From NCBI GenBank assembly GCA_963834385.1, contig CAWIBO010000003.1, positions 160,001 through 224,000 on the forward strand: 64,000 bases of DNA, given 5' to 3'. The stretch is from an uncultured Verrucomicrobiae bacterium. GTDB taxonomy: Bacteria > Verrucomicrobiota > Verrucomicrobiia > Chthoniobacterales > UBA10450. Shown piece after piece: positions 51,881 through 61,890 of this stretch (position 1 is the first letter of the stretch; each line of letters begins with the position of its first letter). Below the pieces are notes generated by a model. The model searched no databases, was not told where the DNA came from, and saw only the letters and a list, made by a program, of their open reading frames with translations. The position numbers were made by a program, and so were the translations under genes.

Positions 51881-53046
51881 TTCCTTCCTCCGCCATCACC
51901 GATGAACGGAAGCCGCCTGTGCGCATGGCGGCGGTGACGCGTTTGCGCCTGAATCGCCGGCAGCTTGTCATCGCCGGGAGCGCCATTCTGCTTTTGCTTT
52001 TCCTGGTCCTCCGCTTTGGCGGCGGCGGGGAAAAGAAGCGCTCGGCGCCGGGGCCGCGCCCGGTGGTGGTGGCGAAGGTGATCACGCAGGATGTGCCGCT
52101 TTACCTTGATGAAATCGGGACCACCAGTGCGTTCGAAACCGTGCAGGTGCAGGCGCAGGTGACCGGGCAGATCATTGCGCGCGAATTCAAGGATGGCGCC
52201 GAGGTGAAGAAAGGCGACCTCCTTTTTCGGATCGACCCGCGCCCCTACCAGGCGGCCCTGGCGGCAGCGGAAGCCGATCTCGCTCTCAACCAATCCAGCC
52301 TGAAGCGGCAGGAGGAATTGCAGGCCAAGAATGTGACCGCGGCGCAGGAACTCGACACCGCGAGGGCCAACGCCCGGCGATCCGAGGCGGCGGTCGCGGC
52401 GGCCCGGATCAACCTGGAGTTTTCCGATATCCGGTCGCCCATCGACGGCCGCGCCGGCCTGCGCAACGTCGATGTGGGGAACGTCGTCGGGCCGGGAACC
52501 CCACCGCTTGTCACCATCCAGGGGCTGGACCCGATCTACACCGATTTTTCCATTCCCGAGCCCGACCTGCCGCTGGTACGGAAATACATGGGCAACCCGG
52601 AGATGAAGGTGCTGACCGACGCCGAGGATGATGATGTGCCGCCCCGCAGCGGCGAGCTTTACTTTCTCGACAGCGCCGTCCAGCCCGGGGTGGGAACGGT
52701 CAAGGCGCGCGCGGTCACGCCGAACGCGGACCGCGCTCTCTGGCCTGCGCAGTTTGTCCGCGCCCGTCTGGTCCTTGATGTTTTGAAGGATGCGAAGCTG
52801 GTCCCGAACGGCGCGGTCCAGATCGGCCAGAACGGTCCCTACGTTTTTGTGGTCAAGCCCGACAACACGCTCGAGTTGCGCAATGTGAAGCCCGGGCAGG
52901 CGCAGGGAGAGTTCACCGTGGTGACCGAGGGTGTGCAACCCGGCGAAACCGTCGTGGTGGCCGGTCATCTCCAGCTCGCGCCCGGCGGCAAGGTGGTGCC
53001 GAAACCGATGGAAAAGAGCGGCGACCCGGCGCGGGTCAAAGGCTGA
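51877..53046 (+). CDS. RND efflux periplasmic adaptor (MdtA-like)
   Basis: TM anchor, VKKGDLLFRIDPRPYQA, IRSPIDGRAG and LWPAQFV motifs. Confidence 0.93.
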   Translation: MIPSSAITDERKPPVRMAAVTRLRLNRRQLVIAGSAILLLLFLVLRFGGGGEKKRSAPGPRPVVVAKVITQDVPLYLDEIGTTSAFETVQVQAQVTGQIIAREFKDGAEVKKGDLLFRIDPRPYQAALAAAEADLALNQSSLKRQEELQAKNVTAAQELDTARANARRSEAAVAAARINLEFSDIRSPIDGRAGLRNVDVGNVVGPGTPPLVTIQGLDPIYTDFSIPEPDLPLVRKYMGNPEMKVLTDAEDDDVPPRSGELYFLDSAVQPGVGTVKARAVTPNADRALWPAQFVRARLVLDVLKDAKLVPNGAVQIGQNGPYVFVVKPDNTLELRNVKPGQAQGEFTVVTEGVQPGETVVVAGHLQLAPGGKVVPKPMEKSGDPARVKG

Positions 53047-53177
53047 GAGCACGCCCGTGACGCAGGACGACCAGACAGTCCCGGGGAGCGGCGGCGGGCC
53101 GGCAGCCGGGCGGCGCCAAGACCAAACTGGTCCAATTTTCGGCCGGCCTTTCCAAGCCGTTCATCGAGCGGCCGGTC

Positions 53178-56100
53178 ATGACCATGCTCCTGACCGTCTC
53201 GGTGGTGGTCTTTGGCATCCTCGCCTTCAATCGGCTGGCGGTGAACGATCTTCCCGCGGTCGATTATCCCGTCATCCAGGTGAGCGTTTCCTATCCGGGC
53301 GCGAACCCGGAAACGATGGCGAACACGGTGGCGACCCCCCTGGAAAAGCAGTTCACCCAGATCCCGGGGATCACCCTCAGCACCAGCACGAGCACGCAGG
53401 GGAACACCAACATCACCCTGCAGTTCGATCTCGATAAAAGCGTCGATGCCGCCGCCACCGACGTGCAGGCGGCCATCCAGCGCGCTTCCGGACAGCTTCC
53501 GCCCGATCTCCCCAGCCCGCCGCGCTTCGAGAAATCGAACCCGAACGATCAGCCGGTCTTTTTCATTGCCCTGACCAGCGACACCCTGACCGACGGCGAC
53601 CTTTACAAATATGCCACCTCGCAGGTGCAGCAGCGGATCAACATCCTGCCCGGTGTTTCGCAGGTGCAGATCTACGGGGTGAAAAGCGCCATCCGGATCA
53701 AGGCCAATCCGGGCGCGCTCGCCACGCGCAACATGACCTTTGACGAGCTGGCCGCCGCCATCCGCTCCGGCACTTCCTACGCCGGGGTGGGGCAGTTCGA
53801 TGGCCAGACCAAGTCGTTCGTTCTGCGTCCCAACGCCCAGATCGCGGACGCCGAGGGCTATCGCAACCTCATCATCGGGCGCGGCCCCGACAATTCCCCG
53901 ATTTACCTGCGCGACGTCGCCACCGTGAGCGACAGCGTGCAGGACGAGCGTCTTTCCCGGCACTTCTATGCGCGCGGATTCAATCCGCCGGCCTCGACCA
54001 TCGTGCTCGCCGTCTCGCGTCAGGCGGGCGCGAACGCGGTGGACGTGGCCGAATCGATCCGCGAGCTCCTCCCGCAGCTCCGGCTCGAGCTGCCCGGCTC
54101 GATCAATCTCATCCCGACCTTTGATCGGGCTCAAACCATCGAGCGCTCGGTGCACGACGTCGAGGAAACGCTCATGATCGCGTTTGTCCTCGTGGTGCTG
54201 GTCATCTTTGTCTTCCTCGGGCGCGCGGCCGACACCGCCATCCCGGTGGTGGCGCTCCCGCTCTCGCTCCTCATCACCTTTGTCACCATGTGGGCCCTCG
54301 GGTTTTCGATCAACAACCTCACCCTCATGGCCATGACCCTCGCCATCGGGTTCCTGGTCGACGACGCCATTGTCTTCCTCGAGAACGTGGTCCGCCGCGC
54401 CGAGGCCGGGGAATCGATCTATCGCGCCACCCTGAACAGCGCGGGCGAGATCTCCTTCACCATTCTCTCGATGACGCTCTCGCTCGCGGCGGTCTTCATC
54501 CCGCTGGTTTTCATGCCCGGCCTGCTCGGCCGCATTTTCCGCGAGTTCGCCATCACCATCATCGTCGCCATCCTCGCCTCCGGCGTTGTCTCTCTCACCC
54601 TCACCCCGCTGATGTGCTCGCGCATGTTGCGGGCACGGGGGCCGGGGCATCCGAAATCGTGGATGCAGAATTTCACCGACCGTTTTTTCAAGCCGATCCT
54701 GGCCTCCTACGGGCGTTCGCTTGACTGGTTCCTTGACCGCGGCTGGCTGGCGGTGCCGGTCCTGGCCGGCTGCGCCCTGGGCGTAATCGTTTTGTTCAAG
54801 GCGCTCCCTTTCACCCTCCTGCCTACCGGCGACAGCGGCGTCATTCGCGGTTTCTTTATTGTCCCGGAAGGGGCCTCGCCGCAGCAACAGCGCGAATTGC
54901 AGGACAAGCTCGACCCGGTGCTGCAGGCCAACCCGGCGGTGGACAAATATTTCACCGTGGCCGGGCGCGGCGGCAGTTCCACCGGCATTTTCACCGTGAT
55001 TTTCCTGAAGCCGGGCGGGGAACGCCCGCCGATTGACGAGGTGGCCGGCCAGCTCCGGCGCGAGATCAGCCAGATCCCCGGCATTTTCCCGACGCTCAAC
55101 CCGCAGCCGGTCCTGCGCATCGACATCGGCGCCACCGGGAGCCAGTTCGGGCGTTACAGTTACACCCTCAGCGGGATCGAACCGGACGAGGTTTACGCCG
55201 CGGCCGACCGGCTGGCGGAACGGTTCCGCGAGTACGACGGCTTTGTCTCGCCGCCGCGCTCGAACCTGTTCCGGAACACCCCGAACATCGACATCGAGAT
55301 CGACCGGGACCGCGCCAGCGTTTACGGCGTTTCCACCACGCAGCTCCAGAGCCTGCTTCGCGCCGCTTATTCGCAAAACTACGTCTACCTGATCAAGCAG
55401 GCGGACGACCAGTATCAGGTCATCCTCGAGGTGGAGGACAAGGACCGCTCCAATCCGGAGGATCTGCGCCAGCTTTATGTGAAACCGGAGGGGCGCGACA
55501 ACCTCGTCCCGGTGCGGACGCTGACGAAGTTCAATACCCGGCTTGGTCTGCAGGCGGTCAACCACACGAACCAGTTCACCAGCGTGACCTTTGGGTTCGA
55601 CACCCGGCCGGACGTGGCCCTGGGCGATGTCACGGATTACATCAACAAGGTGGCGGCCGAGGTGGTCCCCCCGACGGTGAAAGGGGAATTGCAGGGTGAA
55701 GGCCTGGTCCTGCAGGAACTTTTCCAGGCGCTGCCGTTCCTCATCATCGGCGCGCTCTTCGTCATGTATGTGATCCTCGGCATTCTCTACGAGAGCTACG
55801 TTCACCCGGTCACGGTGCTTTCCACTCTTTTCCCCGCGGTCGTGGGCGGCCTGCTGACCCTCTGGCTTTTCAATTCCACGCTCTCGCTTTATTCCGTCAT
55901 CGGCCTGTTCCTCCTCATGGGCATCGTGAAAAAGAACGGCATCATGATCGTCGATTTCGCCCTGCACCGGCTCGATGAAGGCTACAACCGCCGCGACGCC
56001 ATCCACGAGGCGAGCATTGAACGGTTTCGCCCCATTCTCATGACGACCCTCGCGGCCCTGATGGGCGCGGTTCCGCTCGCGCTGGGTTACGGCGCCGACG

Positions 56101-56324
56101 GGGAATCGCGCCGCCCGCTGGGTCTGGTCATCGTCGGCGGCCTGGTCGTTTCGCAGTTGATCACGCTTTATGTCACCCCGGTGATTTATCTGGCCCTGGA
56201 ATGGTTCCAGGAGCGGGTCCTCGATCGGGTGCCGTTCCTGCGCAGCGGCCACACGCATCTCGACGGCAGCGTGCTCGGCGAAACGGAGCCCGGCGAGACC
56301 GCGGCGGTGCCGGCGCGCCCGTAG
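53178..56324 (+). CDS. RND efflux permease (MdtB/C-like); true start probably earlier (GTG 53057 if an indel is present)
   Basis: In-frame SKPFIERPVMT upstream of the ATG; IGFLVDDAIVFLEN, GIVKKNGIMIVDFA and RFRPILMTT motifs. Confidence 0.95.
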   Translation: MTMLLTVSVVVFGILAFNRLAVNDLPAVDYPVIQVSVSYPGANPETMANTVATPLEKQFTQIPGITLSTSTSTQGNTNITLQFDLDKSVDAAATDVQAAIQRASGQLPPDLPSPPRFEKSNPNDQPVFFIALTSDTLTDGDLYKYATSQVQQRINILPGVSQVQIYGVKSAIRIKANPGALATRNMTFDELAAAIRSGTSYAGVGQFDGQTKSFVLRPNAQIADAEGYRNLIIGRGPDNSPIYLRDVATVSDSVQDERLSRHFYARGFNPPASTIVLAVSRQAGANAVDVAESIRELLPQLRLELPGSINLIPTFDRAQTIERSVHDVEETLMIAFVLVVLVIFVFLGRAADTAIPVVALPLSLLITFVTMWALGFSINNLTLMAMTLAIGFLVDDAIVFLENVVRRAEAGESIYRATLNSAGEISFTILSMTLSLAAVFIPLVFMPGLLGRIFREFAITIIVAILASGVVSLTLTPLMCSRMLRARGPGHPKSWMQNFTDRFFKPILASYGRSLDWFLDRGWLAVPVLAGCALGVIVLFKALPFTLLPTGDSGVIRGFFIVPEGASPQQQRELQDKLDPVLQANPAVDKYFTVAGRGGSSTGIFTVIFLKPGGERPPIDEVAGQLRREISQIPGIFPTLNPQPVLRIDIGATGSQFGRYSYTLSGIEPDEVYAAADRLAERFREYDGFVSPPRSNLFRNTPNIDIEIDRDRASVYGVSTTQLQSLLRAAYSQNYVYLIKQADDQYQVILEVEDKDRSNPEDLRQLYVKPEGRDNLVPVRTLTKFNTRLGLQAVNHTNQFTSVTFGFDTRPDVALGDVTDYINKVAAEVVPPTVKGELQGEGLVLQELFQALPFLIIGALFVMYVILGILYESYVHPVTVLSTLFPAVVGGLLTLWLFNSTLSLYSVIGLFLLMGIVKKNGIMIVDFALHRLDEGYNRRDAIHEASIERFRPILMTTLAALMGAVPLALGYGADGESRRPLGLVIVGGLVVSQLITLYVTPVIYLALEWFQERVLDRVPFLRSGHTHLDGSVLGETEPGETAAVPARP

Positions 56325-56362
56325 AGTTTGCTTAAACGCTCCCGTGCGGCAGTATCGGGCCG

Positions 56363-57232
56363 ATGCAGCAGCATCGTCTTTTTCCCGCGGCCCTGTTGCT
56401 CCTGACCTCGCTTCTCTGGAGCCTGGGCGGGGTCCTGATCAAGGCGGTCGACTGGCATCCCATGGCCATCGCCGGGACGCGCAGCGCCATCGCGTTCGTG
56501 GTTGTGGTCGCCTGGATGGGCTGGCCGCGCGGCGGCTTTTCGCGCCTGCAAATGGCTGGTGCTGTCGCCTACGCCGGCACGGTCATTCTTTTTGTCCTGG
56601 CCACCCGGCTGACCACGGCGGCCAACGCCATTTTCCTCCAGTACACCGCGCCCATCTACGTGGCCCTGGCCGGTTCCTGGTTCCTTGGCGAACGCACCCG
56701 CAAAAGCGACTGGGCCGTGATCGGGGTCGCCCTCTGCGGCATTGCCATCTTCTTCTTTGATAACCTCACCGTGGCCGGTCTTTGGGGGAACGTGGCCGGC
56801 CTGGCCAGCGCGTTTGCCTTTGCCAGCCTGGTGCTCTGTCTGCGCAAGGACCGCGATGGTTCCCCCATTTCCTCCGTGATCCTCGGCAACGGGCTGACCG
56901 CGGTCATTTGCTTTCCGTTCGCCTTCATGGCCGGGGCGCCCCCGGCCGGAAGCTGGCTCCCGCTGTTGCTGCTCGGCACCCTGCAGCTCGGCCTCTCCTA
57001 CGTTCTCTACACCATCGCGATCAAACGCGTGACCGCGCTCGCCGCCATCCTGATCCCGTTGCTCGAACCAATCCTGAACCCGCTCTGGGTCATGCTGCTG
57101 CATGGCGAAGTGCCCGGGCCATGGGCCCTCGCCGGTGCCGCCCTTGTCATCGGCGCCGTGGTTGTGCGCGGACTGCTGATGCTGCGGCGTGCGACGCCCG
57201 CGCCTTCCCCCGGTCCGGCCGGGCGGGCTTGA
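56363..57232 (+). CDS. DMT/EamA family transporter
   Basis: About 10 TM helices; ANAIFLQYTAP and LLEPILNPLW motifs. Confidence 0.9.
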   Translation: MQQHRLFPAALLLLTSLLWSLGGVLIKAVDWHPMAIAGTRSAIAFVVVVAWMGWPRGGFSRLQMAGAVAYAGTVILFVLATRLTTAANAIFLQYTAPIYVALAGSWFLGERTRKSDWAVIGVALCGIAIFFFDNLTVAGLWGNVAGLASAFAFASLVLCLRKDRDGSPISSVILGNGLTAVICFPFAFMAGAPPAGSWLPLLLLGTLQLGLSYVLYTIAIKRVTALAAILIPLLEPILNPLWVMLLHGEVPGPWALAGAALVIGAVVVRGLLMLRRATPAPSPGPAGRA

Positions 57233-57245
57233 TGGCCATTGCCCG

Positions 57246-57776
57246 ATGCCTCTTTTCCTCCTCCTCCTTTTTCTGCCGTTCCTTTTTCTTTTGCTCCTGC
57301 CGCTCTCCCTTTTGCAACGTTATCGGGCCGGCGTTTCCCGCCAGAAAGGGCGGCGCTGGCTCGCTTCCCTCAACTTTTTCCTGCTCACACTCTCGGTCCT
57401 CATTTTTCTGGGCGGCGCGGCCGTGATGACCTTTTGGCTGCCGCGCGCGCCTTTGTTTGTCCTGGCCGGCCTCGGCCTGGGAGCGTGCCTTGGATTCATT
57501 GGCCTCGCCCTGACCCGCTGGGAAGAGACAGGGTCGGAGCTGTTCTTCACGCCGAACCGCTGGCTGGTGCTCGCCCTTACGGTGACCGTGGCGGCGCGTC
57601 TGGGCTACGGTCTTTGGCGGGGCTGGCAGGCCTGGGCTGAGGCGGAACCCGGCGGCTCGTGGCTGATGGCGGCGGGCGCCGGCTGGACGCTGGGTGCCGG
57701 CGCGCTGGTGCTGGGCTACTACTTTGCCTATTGGGCCGCGGTTCGGCGACGCTTGGCCGCCCGGCGCACCAAATAG
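57246..57776 (+). CDS. Membrane protein (DUF1453-like)
   Basis: PLSLLQRYRAG, LTRWE and FTPNRWLVL with ~5 TM helices. Confidence 0.7.
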   Translation: MPLFLLLLFLPFLFLLLLPLSLLQRYRAGVSRQKGRRWLASLNFFLLTLSVLIFLGGAAVMTFWLPRAPLFVLAGLGLGACLGFIGLALTRWEETGSELFFTPNRWLVLALTVTVAARLGYGLWRGWQAWAEAEPGGSWLMAAGAGWTLGAGALVLGYYFAYWAAVRRRLAARRTK

Positions 57777-57785
57777 AAGAGTGCC

Positions 57786-58346
57786 TTACGCTTTTTTGCG
57801 ACGGCGCAACAGCGAGAGGATTCCCGCCACCCCGCCCGCGCCCAGGAGCTGCCATGTGCCCGGCTCCGGGATCGGCACCGGGATCAGACCGACATTCTCG
57901 ATCTTGGTCCCGGCCTCAGGCCCGGTGCTCTTGGTGCCTTGCGCGGCGAAATTGCTGTTCTGGCTCACATCGGTGGAGGCGAGAACGGAGAACTCGCCCA
58001 ACTCGGACGGTCCGGGAATGGTGGCCACGCCCGTGTAAGTCCAGGTCAGGTTGGAAAGGATCGGGTCATCGAGCGGAATAACATTGGGCGGGGTTTGCCC
58101 GATCAGGCTCGAGGAGAACGTCCAGTTGGGCGGGCTCGAAACTTCCATGGGGGGCGTGCCGGCAAAATCGTAAATGGTGAAGAAATCGCCGGGGACAACC
58201 ATCTGGTCGAGGGTGACGTGGGCGGAATAGGTCCAGGCAAACTGACCGTCGGAGGGGGTGGCCGAGACAAAGGAGGGGATGATATCGGCCTGGACGGTGG
58301 CGAACGCACCGCAGAGAACGAGGGAAAGCAGGGTTTTGCGGATCAT
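57786..58346 (-). CDS. PEP-CTERM sorting-domain surface protein
   Basis: Signal peptide; C-terminus IPEPGTWQLLGAGGVAGILSLLRRRKKA. Confidence 0.92.
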   Translation of the reverse strand: MIRKTLLSLVLCGAFATVQADIIPSFVSATPSDGQFAWTYSAHVTLDQMVVPGDFFTIYDFAGTPPMEVSSPPNWTFSSSLIGQTPPNVIPLDDPILSNLTWTYTGVATIPGPSELGEFSVLASTDVSQNSNFAAQGTKSTGPEAGTKIENVGLIPVPIPEPGTWQLLGAGGVAGILSLLRRRKKA

Positions 58347-58554
58347 AAAAGGGTTAAGAATGAGAGAGGGGCTCCATTTCCATTCGGACGCGAGGGGAAG
58401 AGTGGACGTGGGGGGTAAGAAAAGACAAGCAATAATTTAAGGCAATTGTCATAACTTACGGAAAAAGACGGGAAAAGGAGGCTCCGGGCGCGGAAAGGAC
58501 GGTTCCCCCGGGGAAATCGGCCGGCGGAATGCCCATCGACAAGCCCTCCTCCCC

Positions 58555-58589
58555 AATCGAAAATCGCTAATCGCCATTCGAAAATCCGA
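58555..58589 (+). repeat. Degenerate 7-bp tandem repeat (AATCGNN x5) directly upstream of tRNA-Arg
   Basis: AATCGAA AATCGCT AATCGCC ATTCGAA AATCCGA. Confidence 0.7.
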
Positions 58590-58591
58590 AG

Positions 58592-58663
58592 GTCCCCGTA
58601 GTTCAACGGATAGAATAGAGGTTTCCTAAACCTTTGATGTGGGTTCGATTCCCGCCGGGGACG
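58592..58663 (+). tRNA. tRNA-Arg (CCT), CCA not encoded
   Basis: Acceptor GTCCCCG / CGGGGAC-G, anticodon loop TTCCTAA, T-loop GGTTCGATTCC. Confidence 0.93.
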
Positions 58664-58793
58664 CATTTTTACGAGCCAACTGTGATCGGAAACGGAATGA
58701 ACGTTCCGCGCGCAGGTTCGATTGATTCGGCTGCTCCCGCAGTCTCACCCCTTGCGGGGCTTCGTCCATGTCGCTCGGCTCCCGCCGGCTGAC

Positions 58794-58976
58794 GGAGCAT
58801 GGAGCATGGAGCATGGAGCGACGGAGGACATGGAGCACGGAGCACATGACACGCGAGCACGGAGCACGGAGCACGGCATCGGAGCAGGAGCACGGGAGCG
58901 GAGCACGCAGGGAGCACGGAGCACGGAGCACGGAGCACGGAGCACGGAGCACGGAGTTTGGGGTTTGGCGTTTGGG
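58794..58976 (+). repeat. 7-bp tandem array GGAGCA(C/T) (~20 units, irregular middle) followed by GTTTGG(G/C) x3
   Basis: Directly visible; cleanest run at 58911-58955. Confidence 0.9.
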
Positions 58977-59081
58977 CTTCGCTCCTGCGCACCCTCGGCG
59001 GGTGAAGCTCGCGAATAAGAATGACGTGGCCGTTCGACGGTTTGCATAGCGGGCTGGAACAGGGCAGGTAAGTCCGCGCCG

Positions 59082-59798
59082 ATGAAAGCCATTGTTCTGA
59101 CCTGCGATCCTTACCGGGCTTTCACGGACCACATGATCCTCCGTTACGAGGAGCTGTGGCCGGAGCATCCGTTCCGTTTTCGCATTGCCTGCCAGGAGCT
59201 TTGCGGCGAGGAAACGCCGCGGCGGGAGTATCGGCGCACACCACCGGGGATTCGTGACACCGTTCTCGCGCTGCTGGAGGATTTGCCCGACGACGAGTGG
59301 GTCTACTGGTGCGTGGACGACAAGTATCCGGTCCGGCTCATGACGGAAAAGATCCTGGAATTAAGGGACGATGCGCTGGCCTCGCCGGACATGGATGGGC
59401 TGATGTTCTGCCGGTGTCGGGTGACCCTGAACAACCCGAAACTGGCCCTGCTGCCGGGAGAACGCCGCAACCGGTCCGGCGATGTCTATCTCGAGCGGCG
59501 AAGCTGGTATCAGTTCTGGGTGCACCAGTTCCTCCGGGTGAAAGTGATCCGCTATCTCTACCGCAGTCTGCCCGATCTGCCGGGGGCCAAGCCGATGAAC
59601 CCGTTCGAGAACAACGTGGAAAAGCTGCCGGAACATCGTCTTTACGTGACCAGGGAAAATTTTGCCGTGTTCGGCGAAAGCACCAGCCGCGGCGCCATCA
59701 CGCAGAACTGTTACGAAAGCATCCGGGAAACGGGGATCGAGCTGCCGGAACGATTCCAGAAGCCGGATGGCCGGCATATCCTCCTCGGGAAACTCTAG
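59082..59798 (+). CDS. Hypothetical protein, possible GT-A glycosyltransferase
   Basis: MKAIVLTCDPY first strand and WVYWCVDDKY (DxD-like after a hydrophobic strand); converges on a sulfotransferase gene. Confidence 0.6.
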   Translation: MKAIVLTCDPYRAFTDHMILRYEELWPEHPFRFRIACQELCGEETPRREYRRTPPGIRDTVLALLEDLPDDEWVYWCVDDKYPVRLMTEKILELRDDALASPDMDGLMFCRCRVTLNNPKLALLPGERRNRSGDVYLERRSWYQFWVHQFLRVKVIRYLYRSLPDLPGAKPMNPFENNVEKLPEHRLYVTRENFAVFGESTSRGAITQNCYESIRETGIELPERFQKPDGRHILLGKL

Positions 59799-60409
59799 TC
59801 GAAGGTGTAACCGAAACGCTCGATCTCCGGCGCGAACCGTTTCTCGACCATCTGGCGCAGCCGGTCATCGTAGTAGGTCCGGTAATCCTCCCGCTTGGAG
59901 CGGTTGTAAACCGGCAGGGGCGGCGCCTCGATCTCGAGCCGCGCGCAAACCTCGCGGAAATCGTCCGCGATGTTCTCGAAGCGCATGACCCGGTCGACAT
60001 TCTCGAACGGATCGCGGTCGCTTTTGCTCAGGCGCAGATATTCCGCGGCCGAGGTCATTTTCTTCACGAATTTCTCGAACTCCTTCGCGTCCCAGCCCAT
60101 GGCGTCGCGGCCCTGCCCGGGAGTGAAATAGTAGGAGATCATCCGGTCCCACGGGTTGCGCACGCAGGTGAACTTGAACAGTTCCCGGAAACGTTCCTCG
60201 CCGAGCGCGTCCCGGTATTCCACCAGCGGCGAATGTTTGCGCGTGCCGAACTCCGGATGGCGCAGCCCGAACCGTTCCACCCCGTCCTGCGGCCGCCGGC
60301 GAGAGACCACCACCTCGTCCTCGGCGTAGTCCTTCAGGATGCTCTGGATCGAGTTGCCCGCCGTCTTCGGGATATGGACGAAGAGAAAGCCTTTTCGGAA
60401 CGAGATCAT
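59795..60409 (-). CDS. Sulfotransferase family 2 protein
   Basis: FLFVHIPKTAGNSI (5'-PSB), VRNPWDRMISYY (3'-PB) and RFENI motifs. Confidence 0.9.
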   Translation of the reverse strand: MISFRKGFLFVHIPKTAGNSIQSILKDYAEDEVVVSRRRPQDGVERFGLRHPEFGTRKHSPLVEYRDALGEERFRELFKFTCVRNPWDRMISYYFTPGQGRDAMGWDAKEFEKFVKKMTSAAEYLRLSKSDRDPFENVDRVMRFENIADDFREVCARLEIEAPPLPVYNRSKREDYRTYYDDRLRQMVEKRFAPEIERFGYTFD

Positions 60410-60503
60410 GCGCTTCCGATTCAGTAACAAGCCGGGGCCAATGGGCAACTGGAAACGGCGGCCCGCAGTCGCACCCGGCCTTCTCCCGTTGTAGAAGCAG
60501 GCC

Positions 60504-61601
60504 GTGTCCATCGCCGCCTACGCTCCGGGCCGGGTTGAGCTGCTCGGGAACCATACGGATTACAATCAGGGCCTTGTCCTGGCCGCTGCGATCGATCGCG
60601 GGGTCACGGTGACCGGGACCACGCGCCCGGACGATCGGATCGTCCTCCGGTCGGACGGGGCAGGTGAGCCGGTGGAAGTCGTGCCCGCCGATCTCTGCAA
60701 GGCGACCGGGCCGGCGCGCTGGGCCAATTACCCGCTCGGCGTGTTTCACGCCCTTGCGCAGCGGGGTTGTGCCCTGGGCGGGTTTGACGCCGTGATCACT
60801 TCCACGCTCCCGATCGGCGCCGGCCTGGCCAGCTCGGCCGCCCTCGAGGTGGCCACCGCTTTTTTTCTGCGCCGGCTTTTCCAGCTCGACCTTCCTCCGT
60901 TGGAGATCGCCCGCCTTTGCCGCGAAGCGGAGAACGATTTCGTCGGGGTTCCCTGCGGCCTGCTCGACCAGGTCACCTCGGTCTTTGGCCGGGCCGGCCA
61001 CGCCATTTGTCTCGACTGTCGCGACCACGAAATCCGCCCACTCCCGTTCCCGGACGGTCTTCTCCTGGTGGTCGCGGAATCAGGCACGAGTCACCAGCTC
61101 CTCGAGAGCCTTTACGGGGAACGGGCGCGGGAATGCGCCGCGGCGGCGGCCGCGCTCGGGGTCGGTTCCCTGCGGGAAATTGATGGGGCCGGCCTGGCCG
61201 CGGCGGGCCGGGAGCTCGACCCGGTTCTTCTGCGCCGGGCCCGGCACGTGGTGGAAGAGAACGAACGGGTGCGCGCGGCCGGGGATGCGCTCGCGCGTCA
61301 CGACGGCCAGGCCTTGGGCGCGCTCATGAACGCGTCGCACGAGAGTTCACGCAGCAATTTCGAGAACAGCAGCGCGGAGCTCGATGCGCTGGTCAGGAGG
61401 GCGCGCCTTCTTCCCGGCGTGCACGGGGCGCGGCTGACCGGCGGCGGGTTCGGCGGAAGCGTGGTTGCGCTGGTGGAAGCCGGGCGGAGCGATGAGGTGG
61501 CGGCGGAACTGAGCCGGGCCCAGTCGGCACACGTCGGGCGTGAGACGGATGCCTTTGTCTGTCGCCTGGCTGATGGCGCCGCGCTGGTCAACGCCCGTTA
61601 G
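60504..61601 (+). CDS. galK: Galactokinase
   Basis: APGRVELLGNHTDYNQG, PIGAGLASSAA, CGLLDQ and GARLTGGGFGG motifs. Confidence 0.93.
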   Translation: MSIAAYAPGRVELLGNHTDYNQGLVLAAAIDRGVTVTGTTRPDDRIVLRSDGAGEPVEVVPADLCKATGPARWANYPLGVFHALAQRGCALGGFDAVITSTLPIGAGLASSAALEVATAFFLRRLFQLDLPPLEIARLCREAENDFVGVPCGLLDQVTSVFGRAGHAICLDCRDHEIRPLPFPDGLLLVVAESGTSHQLLESLYGERARECAAAAAALGVGSLREIDGAGLAAAGRELDPVLLRRARHVVEENERVRAAGDALARHDGQALGALMNASHESSRSNFENSSAELDALVRRARLLPGVHGARLTGGGFGGSVVALVEAGRSDEVAAELSRAQSAHVGRETDAFVCRLADGAALVNAR

Positions 61602-61831
61602 GCGGTCTCGTTCTTGGCGGCGCCGCGGAAATTCAGCACCGCCAGCGCCACCTGCAGAACAATGAGGGCATAGGCGTGGGCGTAAACGCCCCAGACGATC
61701 CAGAGCACGTTGCTGAGCAGAAAAAGCCAGAAGCCGACGCCGCGTTTCTTCTTTTTCTGCGAGGCCACCATCCAGGCGGAGATGACCGTGACGATCATCG
61801 CGGGCCATTGCACATGATCGAGCCAGTTCAC
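61598..61831 (-). CDS. Small three-helix membrane protein
   Basis: QWPAM...GFWLFLLSNVLWIVWG...ALIVLQ; follows the RND gene on the same strand. Confidence 0.7.
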   Translation of the reverse strand: MNWLDHVQWPAMIVTVISAWMVASQKKKKRGVGFWLFLLSNVLWIVWGVYAHAYALIVLQVALAVLNFRGAAKNETA

Positions 61832-61890
61832 CCCGCTTAAACGCAGGGCGTCTCCACGGCAGATGTGCCGGCGTCCAGGAACGCGGAGGA

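Noticed and set aside
58713..58723. Second GGTTCGATT after tRNA-Arg as a tRNA remnant or att site
   Set aside because: Only a 9-nt match with no T-stem or acceptor pairing.
58794..58976. Possible CRISPR array, or the ORFs crossing it (APCSVLR / STEHGAR repeats)
   Set aside because: 7-bp tandem units with no unique spacers and no cas genes; the ORFs are translations of the repeat.
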